Assembly (NCBI GenBank): GCA_000165425.1
Contig: CT868219.1
Span: 314,728 to 378,727 of the forward strand
DNA: 64,000 nt
Direction: 5' to 3'
DNA from: Paramecium tetraurelia
Lineage: Eukaryota
Below the pieces are notes generated by a model, which did not search any database, had not been told where the DNA came from, and saw nothing but the letters and a program-made list of their open reading frames with translations. Position 1 is the stretch's first letter. Each line of letters starts with the position of its first letter. Of this stretch, positions 13,201 to 34,019 are shown piece by piece. The translations under genes and the position numbers were made by a program.

Positions 13201-16200
13201 GAATATTAATTTAGATGGATAAATCTGTGGTTATGATGAAGTTAATCATGTTTGTGTAGATATACTTACATCATCAGATAATTGTGATTTGGCAGATGGA
13301 AATTCCATCGCATGCTATTCCAAAACAAAAGGAGATTGTAGATGGAATGATAAAGAGATGTATTGTTATGAGAATGATCAACCAATTGATAAATTGGGAT
13401 GTGAAGATAATGTGAGCAAAGAATTATGTTTAAAAATAGATTCAGAGCCTTGTGAATGGAATGCTCTCAAAATGAGGTGTATAAAAGTGAGAAGTGTTAT
13501 GGCTTCTATGATTTCCCCAGATAATCTCTATAATGCAGAAGCCTGTGTCTCAGTGTTTGGTGCTCCTTTCAAATTTGATAAGAATTTAAATAAATGCATC
13601 CAAATAGATCCATCAGAAACAAACATATTTTGCGATGGAACAAAGATTTTAAATGTAGATGCATGCTTATTTAGTACAATAAATTAAAAATGCTATTTTG
13701 ATAAATCTTAAACAGCTTAAAAGAGATGTCAAACATTTTTAGGAGTTCAAACCTCATGTGAATCACCTTATTTGATAAGTTTATAAATGTGCAGTGAAGT
13801 TCCGCAATCATGCTATTTTTCTAAATCAACTTATGAGTGCAAATATATAAGAATTGATGATTCCATGAAATGCAGTCAGCTTAGATAATAATCAGCTGAT
13901 AATCTTTATAATAAAATTGCTTGTGCTTCCATTAATTACGATTTTCAAGAATACATTGGTGAATTACAATGCTAGAAGTCAGGGGATCCTTTAAAGAAAC
14001 CAGATGATTAATTCATGTAGTAATGCAGAGTGGAAAAGTACTGTAAGTGGAATTCTGATATTAATACTTGCTCAATTATGGCATTGAAGGATTTAGAATG
14101 GATGTAAGAGTATAGATGGGTTACAGATAAAAATGGAGTCACATCTCAATAATTATTTTAATGGTGTGAGGATACAACTATAGTTTATTAGGCGGATGAT
14201 TGCCGTAATATATTTAGTAAAGGAGTGTGTTTGTAATTATCGTCCTAATGTGTTTTCGATCTGACTATGGGAGGATGCTATAACATCGAAGACAATGAAT
14301 AACAAATTTTATCATGTGAAAATATCTTAGGATCCAATTGCTTAAAATCCAGAAATCCTAATGCTCCTTGCATTATAGATAATGATAATAGTGCAGAATT
14401 TCCAAAAATTAGTTCATGCAGTGGTTTCCCAAATAAAAAAGAATAAATTTGTAAATAGACTGCCCCTAGCAAATGCAAAGATGCTCAAGATTTGGGGAGT
14501 GTCAGTCCTATTGTGTGCAGTAGAGTTAGTGATAATTGCTATTACGATGGAACTAAATGTTCATCTGATACAAAGAAGAAGAAATGTAATGAAACATTTA
14601 GTTATAATGCTTGTCTTTCAAATGGATGTGATTTTACTTTAGGATATTGCTAATAAAAGTTTACTCTTCCTTCATTCAATTAAGATAGTCCATTCTACCT
14701 TTATCAATGCTAATACATCAACAAATTAACAATCAAACCTATTGTAAAAAGAAATATTTGTGCTTAAATGAACTTTCCTTGTGCTTTTTAAAATGAATTA
14801 TGTGTTTCAGCAGCTCAAGTAACCTGTTCTTCTTTAACCAATATATACGTTACCTTATAGACTTGTATTTATTGCTTAAATGATGCATATGCTTATGACT
14901 CAGCAACATAGCAATGTAATCCATTATTAGTTGCTTAATAAGGATGTGACAATACAAACAAGTATGGATGCCTATCAATGACAACAGGTAAGAATTGTGC
15001 TTGGTCAGGAGTCAATTGTGTAGAATAAAGTGATATAGTTGTATAATCCTTAACAGATTGTTCATTAACAAACTCTTAAGGCTGTCCAAAGGTACAGAAT
15101 GCTTGTTGGGTATCTCCATCAACTAAATTATGTTCGATAGTAGATGTATATTCAGACTGTTCTTTGATTAGAAAGCAAAATGGAAACCAACAAGCCTGTA
15201 TTATTAGCAATTAGTAATCATGTCACTGGTTAAATGGATAATGTGAAGATTATCCATTAGACAGTATGGATTGTACAAAGGCTAACAAATTTGGTTGTTT
15301 AAATTTGACCAAACTATCCTGTGGTTGGTCAGAAGATGATCAAAAGTGTTATGAAATCGACCCAAAACTCTCTGTAAGTAAATGTTCCGACTTCTTTAAC
15401 AGCAGCAAGAATTTAGTAAAATTCAATCCGAGATCCTGTTAATAGATTCCTGGATTTGCATGTTTTAGAGATAGAACACTTAGATGTAATTCAATTGGAG
15501 TCAAAGATAAACCGTCATGTGAAGCTACTGGGTTGAATTATTTAGGATGTATTGTATATTCCACAGGATATTGCTAATTTACAAATGGATAATGTACGAG
15601 TATCAAAGATTTACAATAAGTGTCATGTACATCAATAATCAACAAGGTCGCCTGTTTTAGTTTGAGTAAAACGTGTAAATTTGATAATAATTAATGTTCA
15701 GATTACGATGTAAGTTCATTTACCACTATTGCATAAATAACTACGAAAATGTCTTATCCTTATTCGCCTTATGTTTGTAAAGTCTACAAAGAATTGGAGG
15801 GACAGACTCTTCAATTATTTTATGATGAGATAAACGGTTGTTGTGTAAATGCAAACTAAGATAAGCCATTCATCTATAGTTGCAAAACTCAAGGTTTGAA
15901 TGAGATTACTTGTTTAAAATAAACCAAAAGTCTTTGTTAATACTCTCAGAATCAATGTATGGACTTATCAACATCTGATTTGAAGAAAGCATAGAATTGT
16001 GAACCTACATTCAATTGGTTAGCATGTGCTTCTGTGAAATCGAAATGTAAATTCTATCAGAATTAATGTCAATCAGTAAGAGATTCTGAAACTTGCATTT
16101 CATTGGCAGGAATAATAGCGTCTCCTTTGACTTGTTCAAGTCGATCTTCATCTGCAATAGCTTGTATATATGATAGCGAGACTCATTCGTGTGTTACGAC

Positions 16201-18427
16201 TACTAATACCAATCTGATGTGTACACAAAATGGATTAAATAAATATGGTTGTTAAATGAATACTCAACAAGAGTTCTGTAGATTCAATGACTTAAGCAGC
16301 ACTTGCATGCCCACATATGAAACTAATTTGAATTGTCAACACCTGACCAATAAAAACAAATGCCTATTCATAAAGACTCCAAAATAATACTGCAAATTCG
16401 ATAATGGATGTGTCCCATTAGAACCAACCTAAGTCATTGATTGTTACAATCTTACTCCAACAAATCCAATGACTTGTACAGCAGCAGAATCTGTAGCATG
16501 TAAGTATGACAAGGTAAGTTAAACTTGTGTTTCAGTCCCAAATGCAATGAATGCGGATGAACCATGGTCTAATGTAGTTTCATTTAATCAAGCTGCCTGT
16601 ATGAAATATCAAACTGGCAACACTCAAGTAATATACTCAACAGAGGGGTGTGTCGTTGTTGATCCCCAATCTCTAAGTGATTTAACTTGTGATTAACCTG
16701 TCAATCAATTTACCTGTTCCTATATCTCCAATCCAACTTAATATTGCATATATTCCAATTACAAGTGTTAATACATAATACCCTCTAATATACCTGTGAA
16801 GTCTTGCACAAGCATTGGGTATGTCAATAGATAAGAATTCTGTGAATAAGCCAACGATGTTCCATGTAAATTCAATTCCTATACCAAATAATGTGAATAA
16901 ATAGATATAGTGGCTGATCCACTGGCTGGTTGTATCAGAGGAATCAATAAGGTAGCTTGTGATTCTCTTCCAACTTGTCAATTTGATTAGTTCTGTCTAG
17001 ATATCACAGCTAGTTGTATAGGTGGTTTTGATTGTGGAAATGTCAAAGTACAACCATGCAAAATAGTCAATGGCAATTGCATTCTGGCTACAGATTTGGA
17101 TACTCTTTAATGCGATTAAGTTGCCAACAAGCTAGCATGTATATCTATTACTACTCCATAATAATATTGTCAATTCTCTAATTCTTAGTGTAGCCTTGAA
17201 ATTTTGGATGATTTTATATAATAAAATTGTGAAACCATTGTAAATATTAACTCGCCTTACTTTTGTGAATAGCCTACTGACATTCCTTGTAGATATAATC
17301 AATTTGAAAATAGATGCATTGAATCACAATCAACAGATAATCTAGATTGTATTCGAGGTCTCAATGAATATGCATGTTTAAATAACACCAAATAAGATCT
17401 CAGATGCAGATTCGCTGATTTTTGTTATGGACCTACTCAACCTATGTTTGATTGTGATTAAACCATTTTCGATTGTTGCAACAAAGCCCCCAATAAGAAC
17501 ACTTGTTTATTATAGGATTTGATGAAATGCTAATGGAATGGTAGTCAATGTGTTAAATATGATACTCCAATCACTTCTTGTAATTTGACTAACACATCCA
17601 AATTGACATGTGTCCAATCTAGTGATTAAAATTGTGTTTTTGACCTCTAGACATCCTCATGTCATCAAATACTATCACCAACCTCTTGCGATTAACTTTA
17701 ATCTAAAAATTAATGCTAATCTGCTTAAAGTCTACCTTGTGTTTGGTAAAATGATTCGTGTAAATATCATTAATCAAATGCATATGAACTTTGTCAATAC
17801 ATCACTAATCTAAATGGCTCTTCAAGAGCATGCCTGAATATAATAAGGAGTGGGTAAATGTGCCAATTTAAAGATGGCATCTGTTAATCATATGATCACA
17901 CTACTGATAACTGCTTAAATAATATTAATAAAGTTGCTTGTATTAGTCAAACTAAAACTTTATGTATGTGGAACACTTAAACGCAACAAATCAAAATAAT
18001 CAGATCCTCTGACCCTATTGAAGTTGAATTCGGATCATGTCAACCATATATTCCAAATCAAAGTCAAATTTGCAATGATAAATTAAGTTACTTATCTTGT
18101 TTATCAATCACAACACTTAAACAATTCTGCAAATGGTATAATGGTTAATGTGTTCAAATTTCTGAAACCAATTAAATCGTAACACCAACCACTCATCTAT
18201 TAGTTAATGTGAATGCATGCTCACTGGTTAATTCTGTGCCTGTTTATTACAGTCCATTATAAGCTCTATGTATTCCGCTCTAAGAAGGTGATCAGATCTC
18301 TTGCTTACCTCCAACTCCTGGTTTAAACATGAAAGCCTGTCTTTCTATCACTAAACAAACATGCAAATGGAATTTTGACAAACGATAATGTGAATACTCG
18401 TAATCTTAAAAATTTAGACATCTTTGA
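10254..18427 (+). CDS. Giant cysteine-rich secreted or surface protein (surface-antigen-like periodic Cys repeats), about 2,700 aa
   Basis: Signal-peptide-like MLIKVVLYLIVVSNSSC; two introns (25, 22 nt) leave a length divisible by 3; dozens of units of the form C..(G)LNxxAC.....C.(W/F/Y)....C; ends QKFRHL-TGA. Confidence 0.85.
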
Positions 18428-18712
18428 CTTTTACATCAATCTTTATCATAGAAATTATTGAATTATATAATATGATATATTCTATTTATTTTAAAAAACA
18501 AATAAAGTCTTTCATTGTATTATCATACATGCTAATATAGGTTATTCGAATTTTAAATAACTAAAATGTATGTAAACCCTTTGTTTAAAAATAATTAATT
18601 TAATATTAAATTATTCAAAGTTTATTCTCTTATTTCGAATACAACTAAGACCTTTACTTTTGTTATGATAGTTGTCCCTTAAAAATTAGTGCCCCATAAT
18701 TTTCTATTCTTT

Positions 18713-19643
18713 ATGGTTATCATTTAAATTTGCCTATTGAACACCTTGGTGCTTGGCATTCCAAATGTACATTAAAGAAAAGTGATTGAAGATTTAAAAA
18801 AGAGAAGAACAATTATTTGATTTTCATCCAAATGAAAAGCTAAACAATAAGATGAAGATAGGACCATATCCATAAGATTAGGTTGATTGCAATTAGGTCT
18901 CAATTTGCAAAAATTGTATAGATTATCAAAATGTACTTAATTACTCCTAAGAATGTTCATCTTATTGGACTTCATTTTGGATATAAATAAGAAATAATAG
19001 ATCTATTTCATTCTTTAAAATTTATTGATTAAGATTCTGCATTATGGTTTGCATTTGCTGAGAAATCAATTTGTATAGAGAAAAGTCAATTATAGATTGA
19101 TGTAATAGAATTGATTATTTTTAGATATCCCTTTAATCCATTTTCAACTAATATTAAACTCTGTAACATTCTTTGGAAGTATTCCCTCAATTATTTTCCA
19201 TTCAAGATAACATTAAGTTGAACAACATTAAGATGATGGCGAGATTTGATAGAAATGAAAGAGAAGATTGGAGTTATGAAATTCTATCTCTTAACTACAC
19301 AGGGAATTGCAATTCTGATTTATTACTTTGCGAATAGTTTTATCAAGAACCTACTAATGTAATATAGTAATGTAATTTTTAGGTTTAACTGAGAGTAAAC
19401 GGAAAATTAAATATAATGGAGGAGATAGGGTTTGAGATAATAGGAAATAAAGATATTAAATAAATAATTATAGAAGAAATGGTATTGCCAAATTTAATTT
19501 TTGATTAATTGATCAAATAATTCTTCGGAGAGAGATTCATCGAATAGATCGAGTATGATTTGGATCGGCAATACAAAGTAGAGATTAAGGAGTCTCTTAA
19601 GGAGGATAAACTTGAATTAGAATTAATAATGGAGGAGGATTGA
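18713..19643 (+). CDS. Hypothetical secreted protein
   Basis: Signal-like MVIIQICLLNTLVLG; four short introns give a continuous frame ending ELIMEED-TGA. Confidence 0.55.
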
Positions 19644-19677
19644 ATATATAGATATTGGCATATTAAGTATTGATGAA

Positions 19678-19758
19678 GTCAGTTTGGCCGAGTGGTTAAG
19701 GCGGTGGACTTGAAATCCACTGGGTTTACCCGCGCAGGTTCGAATCCTGCAGCTGACG
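19678..19758 (+). tRNA. tRNA-Ser(TGA)
   Basis: Acceptor GTCAGTT/AGCTGAC, D-arm GCCGAGTGGTTAAGGC, anticodon arm GTGGA-CTTGAAA-TCCAC, long variable arm GGGTTTACCC, T-loop GGTTCGAATCC, downstream T-run terminator. Confidence 0.95.
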
Positions 19759-19827
19759 ATTTTTTTTGATTTTATTAATTGATGATGTATTTGCTTTAAG
19801 GACTTATTATTGTAGTTAATTAATTAA

Positions 19828-26735
<6,908 letters not shown>

Positions 26736-26797
26736 TCAAACTAAATACTTGATAATTATATTTTTTCTCTTATAAAGTTTAATATTAATATCTAATT

Positions 26798-29700
26798 ATG
26801 GGTAATAAATTGTAAGGGAGAGAAGCCATATCATATAAATTGAAAAGTGGAAAAGTATTTGAAATACAAGTCAATGATCTTTAAGGAGGCAAGAAATTTC
26901 CAAAGCCTCCCAAGAGAGAGGACATTATATTAAAATATAATCAATGGCTATCAGAAGTTTATCTCAATTATATATATTAGGTTATTTTGGAAGAGTCAGA
27001 TATTAAACTCTTGTAGACAGTTGAATCGAAGTATAAATTTCGTATTTGCTACCTTCATGAATAAATAATGGAAAAAATCAACATATAGAAAAAAGAAGAA
27101 TTTTAGACTAATCAGATTTTTATTGATTAATTAAAAAAAAGTATTAATAGATTATACGAGGATTATAATGATGTGGATATAAGCAGTAATATCTTAAACC
27201 ATTCTCATAGGCATTAGTAAAAGTCTTTCGAATTCTAGTTGTATTGATCAAAAAGTAGAGCTAATTAAAAATATGAATTTCATCTCCTATTTAGCAGATA
27301 GATTGATACTTTTAGAAGAGACATCTAGAATTACAAATAATTTTAGAGATCAAATTAGAATATTAGAACTCTATTAAGTTATCTTGAACACATACAATAT
27401 TAATCATAAGTCCCTATTTCATGAATCTAAATGTTTTAAATCAGTCATTCAAAATTTTCATCCAGTTGAACCTAAAGTAACTGGTTTAGTTTTCAAAATT
27501 ATAGCAGGATAAAATGGATTAAGTTGGAAAGAAAATAACTTTCAAAATATCTAAGATGCCTTACAAAATCTGTAAGATCTTTATGCATTTTAAAATAAGT
27601 AATCCATATTTATATTATTAGATTCTAAATATTTCTTAGAACAATGTATTATACAAAAAATCTTATAATGATCTATTAAATTATAAAGTTTCTCTTTCGA
27701 TATTTGTATTCATTAGATGATAAAAACTAATTATAAGTTGCAACTGAACTCTACACTTCAAAAGTAAACGATAAATAGTTAGAGGATGTTTTTAAGTAAA
27801 TTAAACTTAGAATAAAACTGGATCTATATAAAAAAGAAGATTGTACTTATGAATCAGTTAGAAACATACTTACTACTTTTGAACATCCATTGATTTCCTA
27901 TAACTAAGATGATCCGAGATTGACAAAACAATTTGCTTCATTTGTAGAGACAATTGTTGATGATAAAATGAATTACGAAAGTGATTATGACTCTTCCCAA
28001 AATATTTAGGATATCAATTTTTTATAAGATTAGTATTTTTACTATGAGGAGGGTTAGGAACATGTGTTCAAAGCCATAAAATAATCAGTTATAGAATGGA
28101 TTGATGCAATCTAAAATATAAGTCTACTATCTTTAAAGGAGGATGAGGTCGATTAGTTTTTCTTGGAAAATGAGAAGACATAGCATTATGCATTTATTGG
28201 AGAAAAGGATATCAACTCTTCTAATTAGGCACTTTCTAAAACACCCAAGAATGATCGTTCTGAACAAGAAGATTAGAATGTGGAATAGAAAAACTATAAA
28301 AGCAAATACAAAGAAGCAAAAGAAATAATTAATGAATTAAGAAATCAATTAGATTAATAAACAAATCAACATTATCTAAAACTATAAGAACTGTCAGTTT
28401 AAAATTAGAAATTAAATGAAGAGAATGGCTAAACTATAAAAAAATTATAAGAATAAATTAAACAACTCTAAAAAGAAATCCAAGATTATAAAACACTGGT
28501 GGCTTAAGAGGATTAAAAATCAATTTAAGTTTAATTAAATTAATCTAATATCCCTATGAAACAATAAAAAGATTCACAAACATAAAATACTCAAGATTCT
28601 TAAAAATAATAAACTCCACCACCACCACCACCACCACCACCACCACCTCCACCTGTATAATAAACTGGAACATCTCTTCCTCCACCACCACCTCCTCCAC
28701 CTATTTAAACAACAGGTGGACCACCTCCTCCTCCTCCTCCTATGAGATCTAACAATTAATAACCATAACAATTACTTAGAAAATAATAGCCTGCCCCATC
28801 CAAACCTATGAAACCACTTTTTTGGACTGCTATTCCGGATTCCAAAGCTTTCAAATCAATTTTTGAAAAAATCTAAAATGATGATATTACTTTGGATACA
28901 TAATTTTTAGAAATGAACTTTTGTAAACCTCAAGAAATATAAAAATAAACAGATAATTCAGTGGAAGTTAATGTTAAAAAATAAAAAATTAAGCTTTTAT
29001 AACCAGAAAGATCTCAAAATATTGAAATTATTCTGAGCAAATTACGTTTAAATATTAATTCTTTTTCTGATTCATTACTTTAAATAAATCTAGAAGTTTT
29101 AACCGAAAATGTAATAAACTCCTTAATTGCAATTTGTCCTTCCTAAGAGGAAATTGAATTATTGAATGAATTTACAGGAGATAAATCATTATTAGGGTAA
29201 TCTGAATTATTTATTGATGCTCTACGTAAAATCAATGGTTTTCAATTCAGAATCAAAGCATTGCATTTCATGTATAATTATCATGACAATAAATCAACAT
29301 TTCTAAAGGAGGCAAACAAATTGACTGAAGCTTTTATAAATTTGAAGAATTCCTAAGAGCTATAGACTGTTATTTTGATTGTTTTGAGATTGGGTAATTT
29401 TCTTAATGGTAATTTAACATTTAATAATTAGCAAAGACTCCAAAAGGAAACATTGCAGCATTTAAACTAGAAGCAATTGAAAAGTGTGGTGATTTGAAAA
29501 GCGTCGATAATTAATAGAATCTTTTATACTATGTAATCGAAAAATCAGAGTAGATTTTAAATAAAGATTTCATAAATTAATAAAGTAATGTTCGCTTTCT
29601 ATTTTAGTTATTACCTAATTCGAAATTATTGAAAAAATTTCTTTATCATAACTTCAACAAAGCTTAAATGACATTAAAAAAGGCCAAAATCTAATTGTCC

Positions 29701-30167
29701 AATCCATTGAGTCTGCATCTGATAATCCTAATGATCTTGTGGCAATATAATTTTAACCAATTTTAACAGATATTCAATAGGATTTTGTAAAATTTTAACA
29801 AGAATTTTCAACAGTAGATAAACATTACAAGGAATGCTGCGAATTTTATTGTGAAAATTAATCAGAGTAATCAGATAAATTTGGTGAAAAAATAATGAAA
29901 ATATTGAGATGTTTATACAAAAATAAATAAGAAAAGCTTATTAAAATAGAAAAGTAAAGAAAAGCTGAAGAATAAAAATTAAAATCATAACAATCATAAC
30001 AAAATGAAAAACCAATAGCTAGGAATGACAGAGTGAACAAAACCTGGATGCCTTAAAATCAATAAAATTAGGGATAGACAGGAATTAAAAAGGGAAGAGA
30101 AAGCATGGTAGATAAAGAAATTAAAGAGATGTAGAAATTTAAAAATCAAAGCAAATTTTTAAAATGA
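26798..30167 (+). CDS. Formin (FH1 + FH2)
   Basis: Polyproline FH1 at about 28615-28741, FH2 start KPMKPLFWTAIP, ERSQNIEIILSKL, VLRLGNFLN, AFKLEAIEKCGDLKS; N-terminal MGNKLQ. Confidence 0.92.
28615..28741 (+). repeat. CCA/CCT trinucleotide runs encoding the formin FH1 polyproline tracts
   Basis: Long (CCA)n run and CCT runs in frame with the formin. Confidence 0.9.
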
Positions 30168-30682
30168 ATTATAATTTTGTTGTTTAAAATTCATCGATTA
30201 TGAAAAGCTATCATAAAATATGCTATCTAAAAAGGATGGAATATATTCATGAAAGGTCTTAAGGAAAAATAAAATTTCTCATAAAAACTCGAAAAAAAAT
30301 GGAAGAAGATTGGATTACTCTCGAATTAGGAAAATTTCAATAAAATCTCTGAAAAATGAATACCGATAAGCAAGCTGAGAATGGAATAATTTTGAGAAAG
30401 CACATTAATAATAATCGATTTCAAATTAAATAAAATAAATTATAATAACATTTGTTGAATATGAGAAAATTTACTATATTTTACAGAATCTTTTTCAAAT
30501 AATTTAACATAGCATTTTATTATGGATTTTAATTGCATTAAATCCTCATCTATTTGTATTGTAATATAACACTGATAAATTAAGTAAAACTGAAAAACTA
30601 AAACAAATTAGAAAACTTTGTATTTCAAATAAATATGCTTATTTGATAAGATGTCACTATAAATTTTATATAGATAAAAGAT

Positions 30683-30976
30683 TCATGAGATTTAACACAA
30701 GCAATCGTCCACTGGATCTCTTTCTTTAACATTAAATGTTTTCCAGTTTACAACCTCATATATATCAGCCAACCCAGCTTCTGGATTGATTTCATCTCTA
30801 AAACTGATTTTATGGTTTTTGGTTTTTGCTTTAATCTCAACATTATATTTGTCAGTTCTCTATTTTGTTTCTTATTACTTAGCACTTATTTCTGTACACA
30901 TTCTTTCAAACCAGAGGTTAATATCTTATTCTTATTCAATCTCATCATCCCCTGTACATTTTTATATTCTAATCAT
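30683..30976 (-). CDS. Small protein (97 aa) with HKISF motif and C-terminal CaaX-like CLCQIS
   Basis: Intronless ciliate-code ORF MIRIQKCTGDD...RTDKYNVEIKAKTKNHKISFRD...IYEVVNWKTFN...DDCLCQIS; paralogue at 46203-46439. Confidence 0.75.
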
Positions 30977-31622
30977 TATAAATTAAATTAATGTTATTAT
31001 GTCAACAATTCATTAAAAATAAATCAATAAAATGTTGATTATAATAACATTTACACCTAAGCTTTATAAAGAAAGTTGTTTGAGAATGATAACATTTAGT
31101 TGCTATTATCAAATATATAATCATTATTATTTTAACGAACAACAATAAATATTATTTGGCTAAACAATTTATGAATGCAATACTAAATTGCAATATTGCC
31201 TATTTAGATTCTTCTTAGCAAGAGCCCAAAGATTTACCAAAATGAACAAAATTATAAATTAGGTTTATACCGAACTAAAGTTCTTCAATAAAACCCAGAA
31301 GTTTATTTTACATTTGTTTTCAACTAAAATATTTACTATCATTTATATTTCTTGTCTTTTAAAAGGAAAGTATATCAATATTTCAATTTTGATATCAAGA
31401 GGGTAATCTCTAGTAAAATCTTAAAGCCAAAAGCATGTAATCAAGATAGACAAATATTTTTGGTTAAGGAAATGAAATCTCATCAGTGAACAGGAAATAA
31501 TGGAAATACAGAATGATTTACTATAGAACTGATCATAAGATTAGATTTCAAATTACAGCTTAGTATTAATTAGTAAGGTTGTTCTTTTTTAAGGAATAAT
31601 AATTTTTATAACCTAAAATTAC

Positions 31623-33920
31623 ATGTAAACTTAAAATTCAGAAATATAGCCAAACAATTATTTTGATTTGATAAGTGTTCCACCCTCAATGAGAAAAAAA
31701 AGTGCAAGAGTAGATTAAAGGCCAATTCAAACTAGCAAAATGTATTTTGAATCAGATTCTAATATTGATAAGTAAGTATGATGATTAGGGTCAAGCACAT
31801 AATCTTTGCATAGTCTATTACAATAGAAAGAGGCTTAATTAGATTCATTACAGAGGAAATACATGTAAATTAGATAGGTAAAGTCAAGAAAGCCTTAAGG
31901 ACAAAATTTTATGCATGGATATTTAGATGACTTGATTAATTCATTCAAAGATAAGGTTGACAACAATATCATCAGCGAGTTTATAAACTATTCAAATTCA
32001 ATGAATGATATCTATAGGATATAATAAACTCATTTACAACTTTGCTAGTAAAGGTTGTAACAAGCAGATGCATTGGTTGATTAGCTCAAAATACTTAAAG
32101 AAGCAGATCTCTTCAATCTAAAAAAGATAATTTAATCTTTATAAGAATCATTGTAATAAGCTTAAGTTACAGAATTAGATTCAAATAAATTGTATAGGGA
32201 TCTTTAGAACATGAAGTTGAAGTATGCAAAATTGCAAAACCAATTTGAAATAGTACAAAGGTAGAATGAATATACTGAAAAAAATATGCAATCGATAAAG
32301 TAGCATCTATAGCATACAAACGAGGAAACTCAAATTTATAAGAAGACTTTAAGAAAAGAAACTAGTTAGAATTAATTAAACCAAAGAAGAGTTTTTACAT
32401 TAGAATAAAGATTGGAGGTTTTAAGTGGGAGTGATTATAAAAAAGTAGTTCTATTGATATTATTTTAGGACAAAGACTCATTAAGAAATATTATAGAGGA
32501 TATGCTGAAAGAGAACGAGGCAAACAAAAGAAAGGCATTCTAAAAATGTCAAGAAGTGTTAAAGCTGGAATAAGTTGTTTAAGACTTAAAAGAAAAGAAT
32601 CAAAAGCTACAGAAGAGAAATATGTTGTTGGAGAAACAATTAAAATTGCTAGGGTATTCAGCTTATGATTTAAATGGAAACACTTTTGGACAAAAGACTA
32701 TAGTAGAATCCAATGATCAAGATGATGAGATTTAGGATGTATTTCAGCAGGCTAACTTGCCTAATAAATTAGAATTTAAATTAAATAATTTGAAATCGAG
32801 ACAAAAGAATTTAGTTTAAGACTTATTAGATTGTGGTGTTAAATAAGCAATCGATTAATTATTCTAGATGGATTAGTAGCATCAAGTGGATTAAATTAGT
32901 ATCTTTATGGATTTGTTTGTATAGTATAAGAATTTAGGAGAGAGTGTGAATAGTTTAATTAATTTAATTAAGCAGCTATTGAAAATTGATTAGATTGAAA
33001 TAATAATGCAAAGACTGAGTTCTGATTCTTAGTTATTTAATTGTGAGTTGATTCAATTATGGTTGATAGATTAATAGACTGCCACATTTTATACTTATAA
33101 TTAAAAAAATGAATTGGTCAATGCATATATTGATACGGATGAATTTTTGAATGTCGTTAAATCATCATTGCCTATTTATAAATAATAAGCATTTGTTTAC
33201 AGAAACATTAATACTGCTAAATTCGCAAAGGATTGCTATCTTATACCTTTGTTAACTGATAGTAGATTGATTGGAATTATATCGTTGGAAAATCTAAATA
33301 ATAAAAAATAGGATGCTAAATATCTTGGTTTGTTGATTTCATAATTGTTATTGCCGATAATAGATAAGGTATTGTAATTTAAACTTATAAATTATCAATT
33401 GAGATACAAAAATCTCTTATTTGAAGCATTTACTGAATTATCAAAGTAAAAGTCAAAATTTAAATTATAAAAATCAATTGAAAGTCAAGCTGAAACACTA
33501 TTTGGTGTGGCCAGCAGCAGATTTTTCTTTTATAGTTAAGGGATCATTTATACTTATAAGGATGACTTACATACAACTGAATATAGCTCAGATATAGGAG
33601 TAATTGGTTATGTAGCAAAATCTCAAGAGGCATTGCTACTTGGCAATATTAAACAGCATCATTCATTTCATTAATCAGTCGACATGATTAGTGGATTACC
33701 AATATTTACATTGCCCTTGGCCTTTGGTGTTTTGTAGATTGTATTGAATTAGAGTGCACAATTATAATAAAATAGTAATGCATCCAATATATTCTAATTA
33801 GATAAATCAATTGAAGTTCGTAAGTTATTACAACCTGGGGAAACTTTACAGAGCATGGCATTAATGTTCACATAAATTTGTAATTTCGCATATGAAATTC
33901 TAAAAATAGAATTATCATGA
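31623..33920 (+). CDS. Coiled-coil protein with C-terminal GAF-like domain(s)
   Basis: Long Gln/Glu/Lys heptad region, then SSRFFFY...DIGVIGYVAKSQEALLLGNIKQHHSFHQSVDMISGLPIFTLP...GVLQIV, a GAF-type pattern; short introns. Confidence 0.7.
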
Positions 33921-34019
33921 TACATTAAATAATAAAATTGACATTTTTCATAAAAATTTTATTAGATAGAACAATCTTATTAATATAAAATTAACAATAA
34001 TGTAAACAATATGTTATAC

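Noticed and set aside
11395..17813. Several short track ORFs on both strands
   Set aside because: All are fragments, off-frame readings or antisense shadows of the single giant Cys-rich gene once TAA/TAG are read as Gln.
19678..19758. Possible TGA suppressor or Sec tRNA
   Set aside because: The anticodon is 5'-TGA-3', which reads UCA (Ser); a suppressor would have a TCA anticodon.
28574..28771. Track ORF rich in Trp/Arg (poly-W)
   Set aside because: Antisense shadow of the formin FH1 CCA/CCT repeats.
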